A stretch of 64,000 nt of DNA. It comes from Lytechinus pictus. Lineage: Eukaryota. The notes below the pieces were generated by a model, which worked only from the letters and a program-made list of their open reading frames with translations, made no database searches and was not told the origin of the DNA. The translations under genes and the position numbers were made by a program. Positions 27,668 to 40,615 of this stretch are shown here, in pieces. Each line of letters opens with the position of its first letter. Position 1 is the stretch's first letter. The stretch lies in the NCBI RefSeq assembly GCF_037042905.1, contig NC_087251.1, forward strand, positions 38,194,001 through 38,258,000, given 5' to 3'.

Positions 27668-28931
27668 CTGTGAAATTTGACAAAAGAGCAATTTTATACG
27701 ATGAGAAATCTTTACCCATCATCATATACAATGCTTGTATAGTTGAGTATAATAACAATTTTCATGATTTGCTCTATATTATGTGAAGGCTATTGTTATC
27801 AACAAATTATATCGTTTCTTATAGGTTATCACCTTCGTTTTTCAAAATTTGCCATGGTCATGATGATATTAATTACATATTTTGTACTTTGAAAGGGAGA
27901 GGAACACTGAAATATCTATTATCATTATAATTCGATAATTTTATGATATAAGTCTAATTGGAGGTATACATAATAATATTTTTTCTGTTCTCATCTTCTG
28001 AAGTTTTATTTGTTCTTCAACTATTTGAGACAAATGTATTTATTGTTTATGTCTTCGTGAATATTATTGTAAGTGGCATTGGAAACCCAATATTTAGATG
28101 AACAGTTTTCAATTTCCAAAAAATAATGATCTCATGTACGTGGTGCGATATGACATCGTCAATAATTTAGAAAATAGCAAAATAGCATTAAAAACGGACA
28201 TAATGGAGCGTTTCGACATGCACTCATCGGAGTAAAAGTGAATGAATGAACAGAACGCTAGAACGAAACAAATATATGATTTTGAAAATGGAAAAATGAA
28301 AGTGGATAATATGAGTGATCATAATTATCTCCGTAAAGTAACAATAGCGCATCTCGATGGAATAAGGCAACCGCACCGGGAGGGCACCCCTCTCATATAG
28401 GGGAATTTAATTGGATGATCGACAAATGAAGCCACGGAAATGGGTGCGAATTGAAAACGTTTGAGTCGGAGCGGGGAATTGTTAGTGAGGGTTATAGAGT
28501 GATGACATTGCCCCTAGAAAGGCATTCGCCCGCTACCACCCCCCCCCCCCCCACACACACACCACATACACAGGAATGTTGCAGATACAGCGATTCTGCA
28601 TGAATACGTACCGCCGATAATTCTTCCAAACAAAACTAAAGAGAAAAGGTAAAAATACACAGGCCTATCAATTCTGGAAATGATTGCACTAACAAAATAA
28701 TAATAAAAAATTAATCTATCATCTACCAAAATTATAAAGTTACATGTGCATTGACATAAGGCTCTTATAATCCTAAAATTAAAACAAGGATGAAGACATT
28801 TTTTTGTTCTTTACTCTTCAGAAAAGGAAAAAGAAGAAAGTTTTACAAAAATTGTAAGAAAAAATGAGATGGAAAAAGCGACAGCCACCCTAAAAAAAAT
28901 TGCTTGACATTTCAACATAAATATTACATAC

Positions 28932-29089
28932 TCTTCACGTTTTACTTCTGAGAGGTAATCGGTTCCCTTCATACTCTCCAATAGGTTGATCGCTCGTTCT
29001 GAGATTAACTCTGAAGGAGATGTCCTGGTTAAACCATGTTCATCGATAAAAGCCTCAAGTCCTTTCCCAATCAGAAAATCATGCTCAGT
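28932..29089 (-). CDS. ASRGL1: ASRGL1-like, coding exon 3
   Basis: TEHDFLIGKGLEAFIDEHGLTRTSPSELISERAINLLESMKGTDYLSEVKRE; acceptor tttag, donor gtatgt; phase 0 to 2. Not in the ORF track. Confidence 0.88.
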
Positions 29090-29983
29090 CTAAATTTTAA
29101 AAGACGGAATAGATGTAAATTTTAAATGTTAAATCAATATAGAGCACGATCAGTGGCAGATACGGGGGGCATTTCCGGCCCGTGCCCCCCCCCCCCCGCT
29201 GATGTCGTTCATACACATGTGTGCCCACCCCCCCCCCCCTTTAGAGTCACATTAAACATTTTTTAATGGGAATTTGCCGTTCATAAGTATTGACCTTTTT
29301 TCCTTTTTTTTTTTGCTTTTCAAATTTTACGTGAGACAAAATGGCCTTCATTTTATAGTGACAACCTTTCTTCTTCTTTTTTTTTTTTTTTGCTTTTCAA
29401 ATTTTCCTTGGGAAAATGTGCTCCCTTTTTGGAAAATCCCCGCCCCTGAGCATGAAAAACAAAATTTCAAAATATTATTGAGTTAGCATTATGAGGGTTG
29501 TCCACCCCCCCCCCCCGGAAATTTTTTTAAAGCTAAAGTGCATGTTCCGTATTTTCCTCTACAGGGAAAAAGATGGGCTCGTGTGGTGGAGGTATTAGGA
29601 GTCTTATTGGTTCAAGAGTGGTCATATTTTCGGTTTCATTAACGAATTTGTGTTAATGATGAACCATAAACGAGCAAATTATAGTATGAAATACCATGGT
29701 CATTTATTAATCATTGTGAGTGATGACATCATATTCATTTACTGTAGAATGTATCCTATTTTACAACCTGTTAATTTGCTTCCTCCCCCCTCCCCCCCAT
29801 GATGCCACGGGTTTTGTGGGCATTTTAGGCTTCTTAACTCTACATTTCACTATCATTCAATTGGATCGCTTAAAAAAAAAGACGTCATCTTGGTAGTAAG
29901 TTTCAAGTTTAAGTTTATTTTCATTGATTTCAAATCTTAACATAAAGGATTACCCCCATAAAAAGGTCTGCATGCCCCCTCAC

Positions 29984-30126
29984 CTTTTCTAAGACCGTCC
30001 TTGCTAATTTGATTGGGTTCTTGATGTCCCGAACGCACGATACAGCGCCTGATTTTAGGGACTTCCCCTCCATCATAATGGCATCCATCTCCAATTCCCC
30101 AGCAGCATTCAACTTTGAACCATAGC
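29984..30126 (-). CDS. ASRGL1: ASRGL1-like, coding exon 2
   Basis: GYGSKLNAAGELEMDAIMMEGKSLKSGAVSCVRDIKNPIKLARTVLEK; AG/GT boundaries; phase 1 to 0. Confidence 0.93.
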
Positions 30127-30807
30127 CTGGACAAAAAAATAATAAAAATAAATAAATAAACCTTTTATTGCTTGATTTCATGACACATAGTTATGACAGA
30201 AATGAAATATTGTAATTAAAATTGGATTGAAGTGATGATGTTTAATAAAATAACAGAATAATTAAGTTCCTGATTTAAAGTCGAATTAGTAGATTAAAAT
30301 CTAAACACCTCTTATAACATGGGAGTTGCTGCTACCCTGTTTGGCGTTCAACATTTTAAGGGATAGAGAGAGCTTCGTCGATCGAGCGCTGCACAGTTGC
30401 TGCCGGGCCCATGATCAATTGGGTGAAAAGAATTTTCAGAGTATTTTTATTTCGAACAATAAAATATGGTATTTCTTCTTTTTTTTCATAAGGGACCAAG
30501 TCCAAATTAGATTCAGATTTTAATCAATAATATTTCCCATTCTATAAGATTTAGATTTTTGGTATATATTTTTGGTTTGGTTCCTAATTATACCCCAAGC
30601 GCTTGTTTGTCTTTCTTTTCCTCCGTTTCTCTCATCCCCTTTCCCTTTTTCTTTTTTTAGGGGGAAGGCAGCGATTGAGGGGCAAGTGCCCACGCTGGAT
30701 GATGTTGATAATGGTGAGTTTTCAAATCTATTTTCTTTTTCTTTAAAAGAAACTTAGAGGGTGTTCCCCTTGCCACCGCGCTTGGCTCCATCCCTGGGGA
30801 TACATAC

Positions 30808-31003
30808 CTGCATTGAATTGTGGGTTGTCTTCGAGGCAGCACACGGCTCTTTCTACAGCATCCAAAGCAGTCCCATCCTGGAGAATCTTGTACCCCTCTC
30901 TGGCGGCGTCCTGGATACCTGAATACACGACACCTTCCCTTCCCTCAGCGATGTCTCCTGCACCGCCGTGAACAATGATCACGGGGGTGACTTCACTGGC
31001 CAT
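30808..31003 (-). CDS. ASRGL1: Isoaspartyl peptidase/L-asparaginase (Ntn hydrolase), coding exon 1
   Basis: MASEVTPVIIVHGGAG...ALDAVERAVCCLEDNPQFNA-G, donor gtatgt. An AG just upstream of the ATG suggests an untranslated first exon. The six exons total 945 nt = 314 aa plus stop. Confidence 0.93.
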
Positions 31004-31906
31004 CCCTATACATTTCAAATTAACGGCGAAGATATATATACCGTCAAAAAATTTCAAGAATGGAACTGATAACTATAATGTATTGCAATGTATTTTTGAA
31101 TATTTTAGCGATATATCAAACTCAAATTGATAATTGGAACCTCGCATTCTTCTGTTACCTGGAATGGGGTTACTGATTTTTTTCCAGATAATGGGTTATC
31201 ACAACTCAAGAAAAAGCATATTTTCCGTGAATTTAGGGAGATGCACGCGAAAAAAGTAAATTACCACCACTCACGAAAACTGTAATTTCCCCCATAAAAA
31301 AAAATAGGCCCCCAAAGGCTTTGCGTACAGATGAAAGGGGGCTTGGGAGGCGCTCCCCCCCAAAAAAAAAATCATGACCAATAAAAAAAAAAAAGAAAAG
31401 GAAAGGGAGAGGGTGAATTATGATATAATTTTTTTGATATCATGTTAAAATCTATCACAAAATTTGATTTTCGTAATGTCGAAATTTTCATATTTAAAAA
31501 AAATAATAAATTAGGCCTGATACGCCATATCTCACCCTCATAAATTTTGGCTCATTATGGCACTGCTTAAAGGGGAGTCAAGGGGGCAAAAATAATTATG
31601 CAAATTTGACAAGTGATCTTTAAAACGACGTGACGAAGAGCCAACAACGTAACATTATTATTTGAATTTGGACGTTTAATGTATGTGCCTGTAGATGAAA
31701 TTCAAAATAGTATATTTAGGACGAAATTGAACCACCATTCGGTTGGTGATTTTGGATCGTTAATTTCTTTTTAATTGAATTTCTTGTAAAAAAAAAAGGC
31801 AAATGAATGATAAAAAACGGAAATGAATGTTAAATAATTGAAATTGAAGCACGTGTGCAGAAAGATGACAAAAATCGTTTATACCTGAACACACATTCCC
31901 CTATAA

Positions 31907-33502
31907 AGAGATGGTCCGGCCGGGCTGAACATATTCATATTTAAATAAATAGAATAACAAATAACAAAGTTATTGAATTTTAAAGTTTATCAATATTTTG
32001 TGAAAACAGTTATATTCACATCGTCATGAATATTCATTAGGTGCAGGGGCGGATCCAGCCTTCGCCAATATTTTCAGCCATATTTTCCCTGATCGGCCGC
32101 TCGAAGATGATTTTTTGTTTGCTTCTTTGAAGGGGGTATTCCTATAAGTCACTTCTTAGCTTTATTCTATAAATCAACATAAATATATAATATCATAATC
32201 CTTATTTTATAATGCGAGTGCGAAGCGCGAGCAAATTTTTTTTTTTTTAATTGTATGTATTTTTTCCTAAAATTTGAACATTTTGGGCAAAGTTTTTATC
32301 CTGAAAAAGATGTGCCTGCAACTAAATAATTACTACAAACGCGAAGCGCGAGCAGAAATTTTTGATACACGTTTTGAACTGATCGAAAAGGTTGGCCTAC
32401 CAGTTAAAAACTGCTTGCAGTTAGCTATGAAGACGTTACATATTTCAACAATCAAATAATGCGAGCGCGAAGCGCGAGCTGAAATATTTTGACATTTCTA
32501 CATAAAGAATGGAAAATTTTAATCAATTTTTGTAATCATGAACAAGATAACTATATAACTAAACATTTGATGCGAGCGCGAGCGGAAAAATTCGATATAT
32601 AATTTTTTATATTGTGATCTGAAATTGGATAACTGAATGAACATGCGCGCGCGTGTTTCAGATTTAGACCTAGAATCTAGGCATTCTAAATACACTTTTT
32701 ATCATTAAAATAAAAGCGAGTGCGAAGCGCGAGCTTAAAATATTTAATATTCCGATCTGAAAAGGAGGTCAATTTCAGCTTTATATTTCAAGCACTTTGT
32801 AGGACATTTATAAGGTGGATATAAATCGCACTTAATAAAGAGCTGATATTTTTCATTATTATTACTTTGAGACATTATTATCACCGGGACATCCTTAGGA
32901 TATGTTATCATATGAGTATGATGACTATCTTCCTATTCCTCTTGCTAAGCGCGAGATTAAACAAAAGGGACAATTTAATTATTAAAATGATATCCTATTT
33001 ATTAATGCATAATGAGGGCGCGGAATCTGATGATATTATGGCCTGAACACTGTACATTTCAAGCATTTTTTGGTGGGCTGATGATGTCACATCCCCACTT
33101 TCACTTTTCTTATGTTATTATAAAATCATAAGTTTCATTTTTCACACATGTGTAAATGATGTGTCTCCATTATGATGAAATAAGTTGCGGCAATAAATAA
33201 CTAATGCACTAAATCAGTTGTCAATCCAGTTGTTTTAGTTCTTAGTAGAAATTTTGTTTGAATAAACCTAATTTCATATAATAAAATACAAAAGAACAAG
33301 TGGGGATAGGACATCATCAGCACACCTGATGAATATTCATAAAGACATGCCTAGAACTGTTTCACCGGAATAATGCATATCTTTAAAATTCAATAACTTC
33401 GTTATTTTGTTTTCCGATTTTGATCAATTGTTCAGCATTTTGCTTTGTGAATGTTACTCTATTTATTGAGATATAAATATATCCAGCCTGACCATCATCC
33501 CT
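31907..33502. mobile_element. Kolobok-like MITE with a nested hAT-like insert (about 32044-33070)
   Basis: Flanks homologous to the 3814-4415 family and end in ccct|ttaa; the insert starts caggggcggatcc and carries gcgagcgcgaagcgcgagc motifs. Confidence 0.6.
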
Positions 33503-34627
33503 TTAATTCAAATGCAATTCGGGTGAAATTGGACGAGAAAACCTAAATTATACACAGTGAGCAAGTGACAATACAAATGAATCCTCAGTACATAAGATAA
33601 AATACAGCAAAAACAAAATAATCATGTGTGCATGGTGAACAGAAAAAATGTATAATAAATGAGTAGGCCCTATTTTGTGCATTTATATACCGCGTCTTTA
33701 TAGGCCTACATAGAGAAGTAGTCAGATCTTTCTGTTTTCTATCAATTTATTCATATGACAAGTACCATGTCAAGATATCAAGATAGAAATGGAGTAAACA
33801 GAAGTATAACTCAGAAACGTACATACATTGCCATTTGTCCCCATCAAGTTTTCATATAAGACGTTCATACGTTTTTTTTTTATTATTATTAAAATATATT
33901 CGATCCCAATGTCTCGGGCATGCGAAGATACCCGTGGTCGATTGTATGGGAACAGGGCAGTATGTATTGATGTAAGATATGCCTACATGAACATGAATGT
34001 GCATGCAATAGCACAATAAGCACATATATAGCAGATCGATGACTGTGACATAGAAGCTGTCGTATTTATCGTTTTGAGTTGAATATATGCCTATATATCT
34101 GATGAGAAGGCTATATAATGATACTATAACCACCTACCTGATCTTTGGCTGAAGTGTAGAAATAATTTATTTCAAAAAGCTGGTTTAAACTGCTTTGAGA
34201 ATCGAAAAATTAGTCAGAGTTGGATCATCAAAATGAACAAGGAACCAGGTGTTATTTTCACCCGGCATTTTCAGCATCGGGCAAAGATATAAACATGGTG
34301 CACTTGAACCGACCCACTGAACTTGACTTTATTATTGGTAGCACATAAACCGTATATAGGGTATACCGAAAAAGGTGGTGAGGCTGAGCGTCCCCCCCCC
34401 CCCCAGCCGCACCACCCCACCGCCTGAATCGATTTTTTTTTTCTAAATGAAGCTATAAAAATTACATTGCCTAGAAGATATAAATATATACATAATTAGA
34501 AAAGAAATGACTAAATTGAATAATCAAGATACATGGAATGTAAACCAAAAGCAAATTCAGATCGGTGGATTAGCGGATGCATGAATTGTGCTAATCTTTA
34601 TTATTAGGCTCCGGCATATTGTGCCAG

Positions 34628-34830
34628 GTGCCTTGGCCGAGTGGTTCTCCAATGCTGCTTGTATTGACTAAATTAAGTGACTGGACATTGAAAGTTTGGG
34701 GTTCGATCCGCGGCCACGGCTCCATGCCCGTGAGCAGGGCATTTAATTTAGCAGTGCTCTACTCTTTTATCCTACATTTAAATGAATTGAAATGCTATAT
34801 GTATTCTTGATAACCGGGTGTGCACTTGTT
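34628..34830 (+). mobile_element. tRNA-derived SINE
   Basis: A box tggccgagtggtt, B box ggttcgatcc, then tgcccgtgagcagggcattt SINE core; no complete cloverleaf. Confidence 0.65.
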
Positions 34831-35524
34831 TAACAAAATATCTCAACAAAGGTACACAAATGTTACAAAAAATGGGCATGTAAGGTTTTTCTTCAGCCGT
34901 AAGCTCGATCCTATACGAATAAAACCCGGCTGTATCATGGGGCGCATCTCGCCTATAGTCTACCGATGGTTTTACTGCATTGCATGAGTGTAATGATGGG
35001 AACTTTTCTATGAAATTTAAATCAAATATTTTCTTATACGGTTCCGTATGTAGGCTACTCATTAAGCTTAGGTATAATCCGATTTCTAAGCCTATACTTT
35101 CAAAAATTTGGAGTTAGTAAAAAGTAACTTCCAGTAATCATATCACACATTGCCTAGATATAATTTATATTTGCCTGAATAAATAAATAAACAAACATAA
35201 TTGACTGCAATATAGGTCATTCCTACATACCTTATATACCTGTAGGCCCACATCGTATTTTGTTTGGTTGGTTGTTGTTGTGTTTTGTTTTTTTACAATT
35301 TATCCAAATTTGATGAACTGATGACCGGATTATGCCCCCCCCCCTCCCCTCCCCGCCTATAGGCCCATTTAATGTAGCGGATTTGATCTGCTGTCGCATT
35401 ACATCAAATGGATGGACTTTGAGCATATTTCCGTGTTGCAAACAGTCATGGTAAACATATTCTGAAGATAAGAAGTTCGGTTGACCGTATAGAGCATGTC
35501 GGTTTGAAAGATTATTATCAACTT

Positions 35525-35663
35525 ATGCCGGTAATGGAGAGCCCTGAAATAATTCCCGAGATTCGTTGTGCCTTCGCTTCCGATGCATCCATTCTTTATG
35601 ATTTACTGAAGGAATACACCATCGAACAAAAACTTGAAGATGTATTCAAGTATTCAAGAGCGA
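35525..35663 (+). CDS. Tandem SSAT/SAT-like GNAT acetyltransferase, exon 1 (domain 1)
   Basis: MPVMESPEIIPEIRCAFASDASILYDLLKEYTIEQKLEDVFKYSRA, resembling the SSAT N-terminus (IRxAxxxDxxxIxxLxKE); donor gtaagt, phase 1. Start may be the ATG at 35525 or 35534. Confidence 0.8.
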
Positions 35664-36504
35664 GTAAGTTTCACTTGTGTGTGCATCCGTAGGATCCAAA
35701 CATTAGAAGGGATAAGTCTGTTTTGGGGTCAAACTCCGTTATACGGCTCGTAAACTGCCAGTGACAATGTAATATGCACGTTTATATCTGCGGAATCAAA
35801 TTTGACACGGAATGGTGCCAATATTGGGACTCAACTCATTTCCGAGTTAAAGTGACTCAAGATTCCGAATAGTGAATTTCAATCGGAGTGGTTAATCGAC
35901 TCCCACCATTCCGAGTCAAATTTGACTCCACAGAAATAAGAGTATAAATTATGATCACATTCTTGGTCATGTTATCGTGTCAAGGCAGGAAGAGATTACC
36001 CTAATATGGACCTAGGCCAAAGCCCTAAAAATATATTCTGGGTCAAATCTGACTCTGATTTTGGTTAATGGATAACTGTGTTGCCTCCTTCAAGTTATAT
36101 CCAAAGTTTTATTATTGGTTTTAATCATTTTGGTACTAGCTAGAAAAATGATTTTTTTTTTTCAATAAATTTTTTTTTATTTAAATGCAGTTAAATTTTT
36201 CCGAATTCCGATCGCCTATATTACATACAATCCGGCGTTAGTTTGTTGATAAGAGAGGCGTCATTTTTTCTCACTAGAATTACAGGCATAATGAGGGTAA
36301 TTTCGAGTTAGATTACCAACAGCTCCTGTTTTCTACACTTCTTTCTTCCATTCTTTTTCCTCCTTTCCTTTTTTATTAGGGAAACAATAAAGGGTTAGCC
36401 CGCCCCCTCCCACTGTAGAGCATCTTCTCAAACTATTGAGTATAAGTGATTTGATTCAATCATAATTCATGAGTTACTAATTACATTATTTTTCTCCCAT
36501 ATAG

Positions 36505-36678
36505 GTTTTGAAGAACATTTCAACCAAGCATTATTCAAAGCCTTTGTCATCGAGGTTAAAGGTGAAACGGTGAATCAGAGGAACATCATTGGTTGCATTT
36601 TCTTCTCCATCTTTTATGAATATGTTGTAGGTGTAACGGCCTTCCCTCACTGCTGCTATATAAAACCAGATTTTAGAG
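36505..36678 (+). CDS. Tandem SSAT-like GNAT, exon 2 (domain 1)
   Basis: SFEEHFNQALFKAFVIEVKGETVNQRNIIGCIFFSIFYEYVVGVTAFPHCCYIKPDFR; acceptor atag, donor gtatga; phase 1 to 1. Confidence 0.82.
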
Positions 36679-36746
36679 GTATGACTTTTAGTAGTAGTTG
36701 TAGTATAGTATTAGTATAGTAGCAGCAGCAGCAGCAGCAGCAGCAA

Positions 36747-36779
<33 letters not shown>

Positions 36780-38241
36780 CAGTGGCGTACCGTGGGTCAC
36801 GGCATTGGGGGGGCACCAGCAAACATTTCGAGTCACTTAGTGAGCGCGCGAAGCGCGCTCTGTTGCCAGGTAAACTGACATAATAGAGACATTTTACGGA
36901 CATCCAGTGCCATTAAACGGATATGTATTTCACTGGTTTAGATATAAAGACCAAAAAAGGGACATTATAAGCAAGTTTTTTGTAGTCATGATACGTACCT
37001 GTCTCGCTAAACAAAAATGCGAGCGCGAAGCGCGAGCTGAAAATTTTGTATATACTGACCCCAAACAGGGACATTTTAAGGACTATATTTTAGGAATCCA
37101 TTAAGAGTATAAATATGTAACCACAGTCATATAATGCTAGTGTCACGCTTTGCTGATTTGGTTAGAATTACATCTAAATACACGAAGTCATTGTAAACAT
37201 GATTAACATACGCATCTCACTAATCAATTATTGCGAGCGCTAGTTGAAAATTTAGGAAATTCAGACCAGCGTTTTGAGGCCTGTTTGTTGGAATTAATGA
37301 AGACCATACGTATTTCGCTAACCAAATGATGCGAGCGCGTAGCGCGAGCTGAAATTTGAGTATATATTGACCCCAAACATGGATATTTTAAGGACTATTT
37401 TTAGGAATACATATCTCACCATAGTCATCTAATGCGAGTGCCAATCGCTTGCTGATTTTGTTAGAATTAAATCTAAACACATGAAGCACTTTTTGAAGTC
37501 ATTGTAATCATGATTATACGCATCTCACTTATCAAATACTGCGAGCGTGAAGCGCGAGCTTAAAATTTAGGAAAATCAGACCTGAAGAGAAGCATTCTAA
37601 GGCTTGTTTGTAAGAATTCACTAAGACCGCATGTATTTCACTAACCAAATGATGCGAGCGCGGAGCGCGAGCTGAAAATTTTGGTATTCAGATCAGAAAA
37701 AAATTTAAGGACTGAATTTAGGAATTCATGAAGAGCAGACATCTCACCAATCCACTAATGCGAACGTAAGCACGGACAGGAAATGTTTTATACTAAGACC
37801 TTAAAATGGTGCAATCACTTTAAGTAGTTATGAAGAAGAAACATACAGCTGTATGTCATTACAAAAAAAAACAATACATCGAATTGCTAGGAAATATATT
37901 TGGTGTATATTGACTTGAAAACGGGAGGTTTTAGTACAACTGAATTATATATCTCGTTAAACAGTCTATGCGAGCACCAGAAAAAATGAAGACATAGGAC
38001 CTCAGCAAACTAATGTTTCATATAGTATGAAAAAAATGTTTCTTGTGTAATATAACATAACATGTAATATAACATAACATAATATAGTATAGCATTATAA
38101 TGGACAATAATTTCTCCTTTCCCACTACGTTTCTCTTCCTTTCTCCCTCTTTTTCTCCTTTTCCGTTTTTTTTTTTTTTTTTTTGGCCAGCCGATTGGGG
38201 GGGCACGTGCCCCCCCATGCCCCCCCGTAGTTACGCCACTG
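36780..38241 (+). mobile_element. hAT-like non-autonomous element inserted in a (TAG)n microsatellite
   Basis: TIR cagtggcgta...tacgccactg; flanked by agtagtag on both sides; internal repeated gcgagcgcgaagcgcgagc motifs. Confidence 0.8.
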
Positions 38242-38316
38242 AGTAGTAGTATATAGTAATATAGTAGTAGTATAGTAGAAGTAGTATAGTTGTATAGAAG
38301 TATTTTAATAATAGTA

Positions 38317-38387
<71 letters not shown>

Positions 38388-38470
38388 TAGTAGTAGTATA
38401 TAGTAATATAGTAGTATAGTATAGTAGAAGTAGTATAGTTGTATAGAAGTATTTTAATAATAGTATAGTA

Positions 38471-38508
<38 letters not shown>

Positions 38509-38580
38509 TATAGTAATATAGTATTATAGTATAGTAGAAGTAGTATAGTTGTATAGAAGTATTTTAATAATAGTATAGTA

Positions 38581-38615
<35 letters not shown>

Positions 38616-38687
38616 TATAGTAATATAGTAGTATAGTATAGTAGAAGTAGTATAGTTGTATAGAAGTATTTTAATAATAGTATAGTA

Positions 38688-38784
<97 letters not shown>

Positions 38785-38960
38785 GGTGGTGGTGGTGGTG
38801 GTGGTGGTGGTAGCATAGTAACAGCAGCATGCAGGAGTGATGGCGGTGGTGGAAGGATGAGGAGGAGGAGAAGAAGAAGAAGAAGAATTTTAAGAAGAAG
38901 GAGAGGAAGAGGAAGAGGAGGAGAAGGAGAAGAAGAAGAAGAAGAGTTAAGGAGGAGGAA
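38242..38960. repeat. Compound (TAG)n minisatellite followed by (TGG)n and GA-rich tracts
   Basis: Four copies of an approximately 70-bp degenerate TAG-derived unit separated by pure TAG runs. Confidence 0.9.
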
Positions 38961-39095
38961 GAGGTGGATCGAGCAGAGGGGACATAGAAAAATAAAATAT
39001 TTTCCTATTACCTTCCTCTCCCATTATGATGATCCATCCAGCTTGTTTTATCTTTTGTATCTCTATATAATACTCTCTCTCTTTTTTTTTTGCAG

Positions 39096-39136
39096 ATCTT
39101 GGAATCGAGCAAAAGTTGATTCAGCATGCTAAGAAG
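39096..39136 (+). CDS. Tandem SSAT-like GNAT, exon 3 (domain 1, motif A region)
   Basis: DLGIEQKLIQHAKK after a strong polypyrimidine-tgcag acceptor. 41 nt, same length and phase (1 to 0) as the paralogous exon 7. Confidence 0.78.
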
Positions 39137-39715
39137 GTTTGATTTAGTTCAAGCAGCGATCACTATCGGTATTGATTTTGTACCCGAATGAGTGATTGTC
39201 ATTTTTTTGTATTGATTTGAAAAAAAATATGCTAAAATAGTCCGCCAATAACGATTTTCTAAATGTCGAAACGGCGTTTTCATGGTATTTTTCTTATCAT
39301 AAAAAAGAAATGAAATGGAACAAGAGATACAAGCATGTTGCTTTCAGTTGACAGTAGGAAACGCTGACGTGCAATGCACAGGCCTATTCAATTCAATTCA
39401 AATAAAACATTTATTTTCTTCCATTTCATCACACATTTTTCTTGTAAACATAAGTTCATAATTGAACTTATATTTGTTTGATGATTTGAGGTACTATAGG
39501 CCTTTCTTCAAATTATTTCTTGTTTTAATGAATATAGAGATCAATAAACAGGTAAATATTAATTAGACCTGACCAATTACGTTCTCCAAACGGAAGATAT
39601 TGATCATCATGGTATAGTAATATAATCCGTTGTCACACCAACGAGCAAACGAGAATTGCGATAATTTGACTGCATGCTATACCTGCATAGTCTTCTAATT
39701 TTGTTCTCGTAAAAG

Positions 39716-39877
39716 ATATCTGGAGATGCAAATATCGACAAAATGTTGACTCTTTTGACACCATTGGATGCCAAATACGGAAGAGCTTTGATGAATGAAG
39801 GTATCATTAACCTGTCCAGGAGCATTGAGATCGAGGTTTGGATTATGACAAATCAGACTTCAACAAATACTCTAACG
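39716..39877 (+). CDS. Tandem SSAT-like GNAT, exon 4 (end of domain 1 plus linker)
   Basis: ISGDANIDKMLTLLTPLDAKYGRALMNEGIINLSRSIEIEVWIMTNQTSTNTLT; open frame; acceptor ctcgtaaaag, donor gtaact; phase 0 to 0. GIINLSRS aligns with HAINMTQS of exon 8. Confidence 0.7.
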
Positions 39878-40175
39878 GTAACTATGCCGACAATGAGGTT
39901 ATCTATACAGTGAAGCAATTTTAAATCATCTGTGTTTTTTTTATTCACTACTTTCAGTGATCAATTAGTTTTCAGTTAGCTTCCACTGAATATCTGAATA
40001 TACTTCATCCATCAGTTAAACTAAGAAATATTAATTCACCCTGTTCGTATATTTCTTGCATATTATCTGAGCAAATTCTGTCACATTTTCAATAAATTTA
40101 TTAATCTAAACCAAATTTCACATTGAGAAACCTTTGTTAAAATTTTTTGATTTATTGTTTCAATTTTATTTCTAG

Positions 40176-40293
40176 TATGATGATTACATTATCCGTGATG
40201 GCACTGAAGAAGATCTAAGCAAGGTATACGATCTCCTAGAAGAGTTGGTAGAAATTGAGGATATTACCGCGGACTTTGTGGTCAATAAAGATG
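40176..40293 (+). CDS. Tandem SSAT-like GNAT, exon 5 (start of domain 2)
   Basis: YDDYIIRDGTEEDLSKVYDLLEELVEIEDITADFVVNKD; acceptor tttctag, donor gtagga; phase 0 to 1. No in-frame ATG at its start, so it must be spliced from upstream. Confidence 0.83.
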
Positions 40294-40435
40294 GTAGGAA
40301 ATATTTTCTCATTTGGCCAAGGAAGCCACGAAATAGGAAATGAAAGGCCAAGATAACAGGATTAACGATGAAAGTGTGTGGGTGACAAAAATAATGTCGA
40401 TTTAATGATGATTTCGGTGGTGGTAGCAGTAGTGG

Positions 40436-40473
40436 TAACGATGATGATGATGGTAGGGACGATGATGATGATA

Positions 40474-40519
<46 letters not shown>

Positions 40520-40565
40520 CGATGGTGATGATGACGATGATATGTAATGATGATGATGATGATGG
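40436..40565. repeat. (GAT)n microsatellite
   Basis: Direct reading. Confidence 0.9.
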
Positions 40566-40615
40566 TAATTTTCACTTTCTTGTACATGGTCGCTGAAAAA
40601 GTGGAGGGGCGTCTC

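Noticed and set aside
34628..34720. Possible tRNA gene
   Set aside because: A and B boxes are present but there is no cloverleaf and a SINE core follows; called as a SINE.
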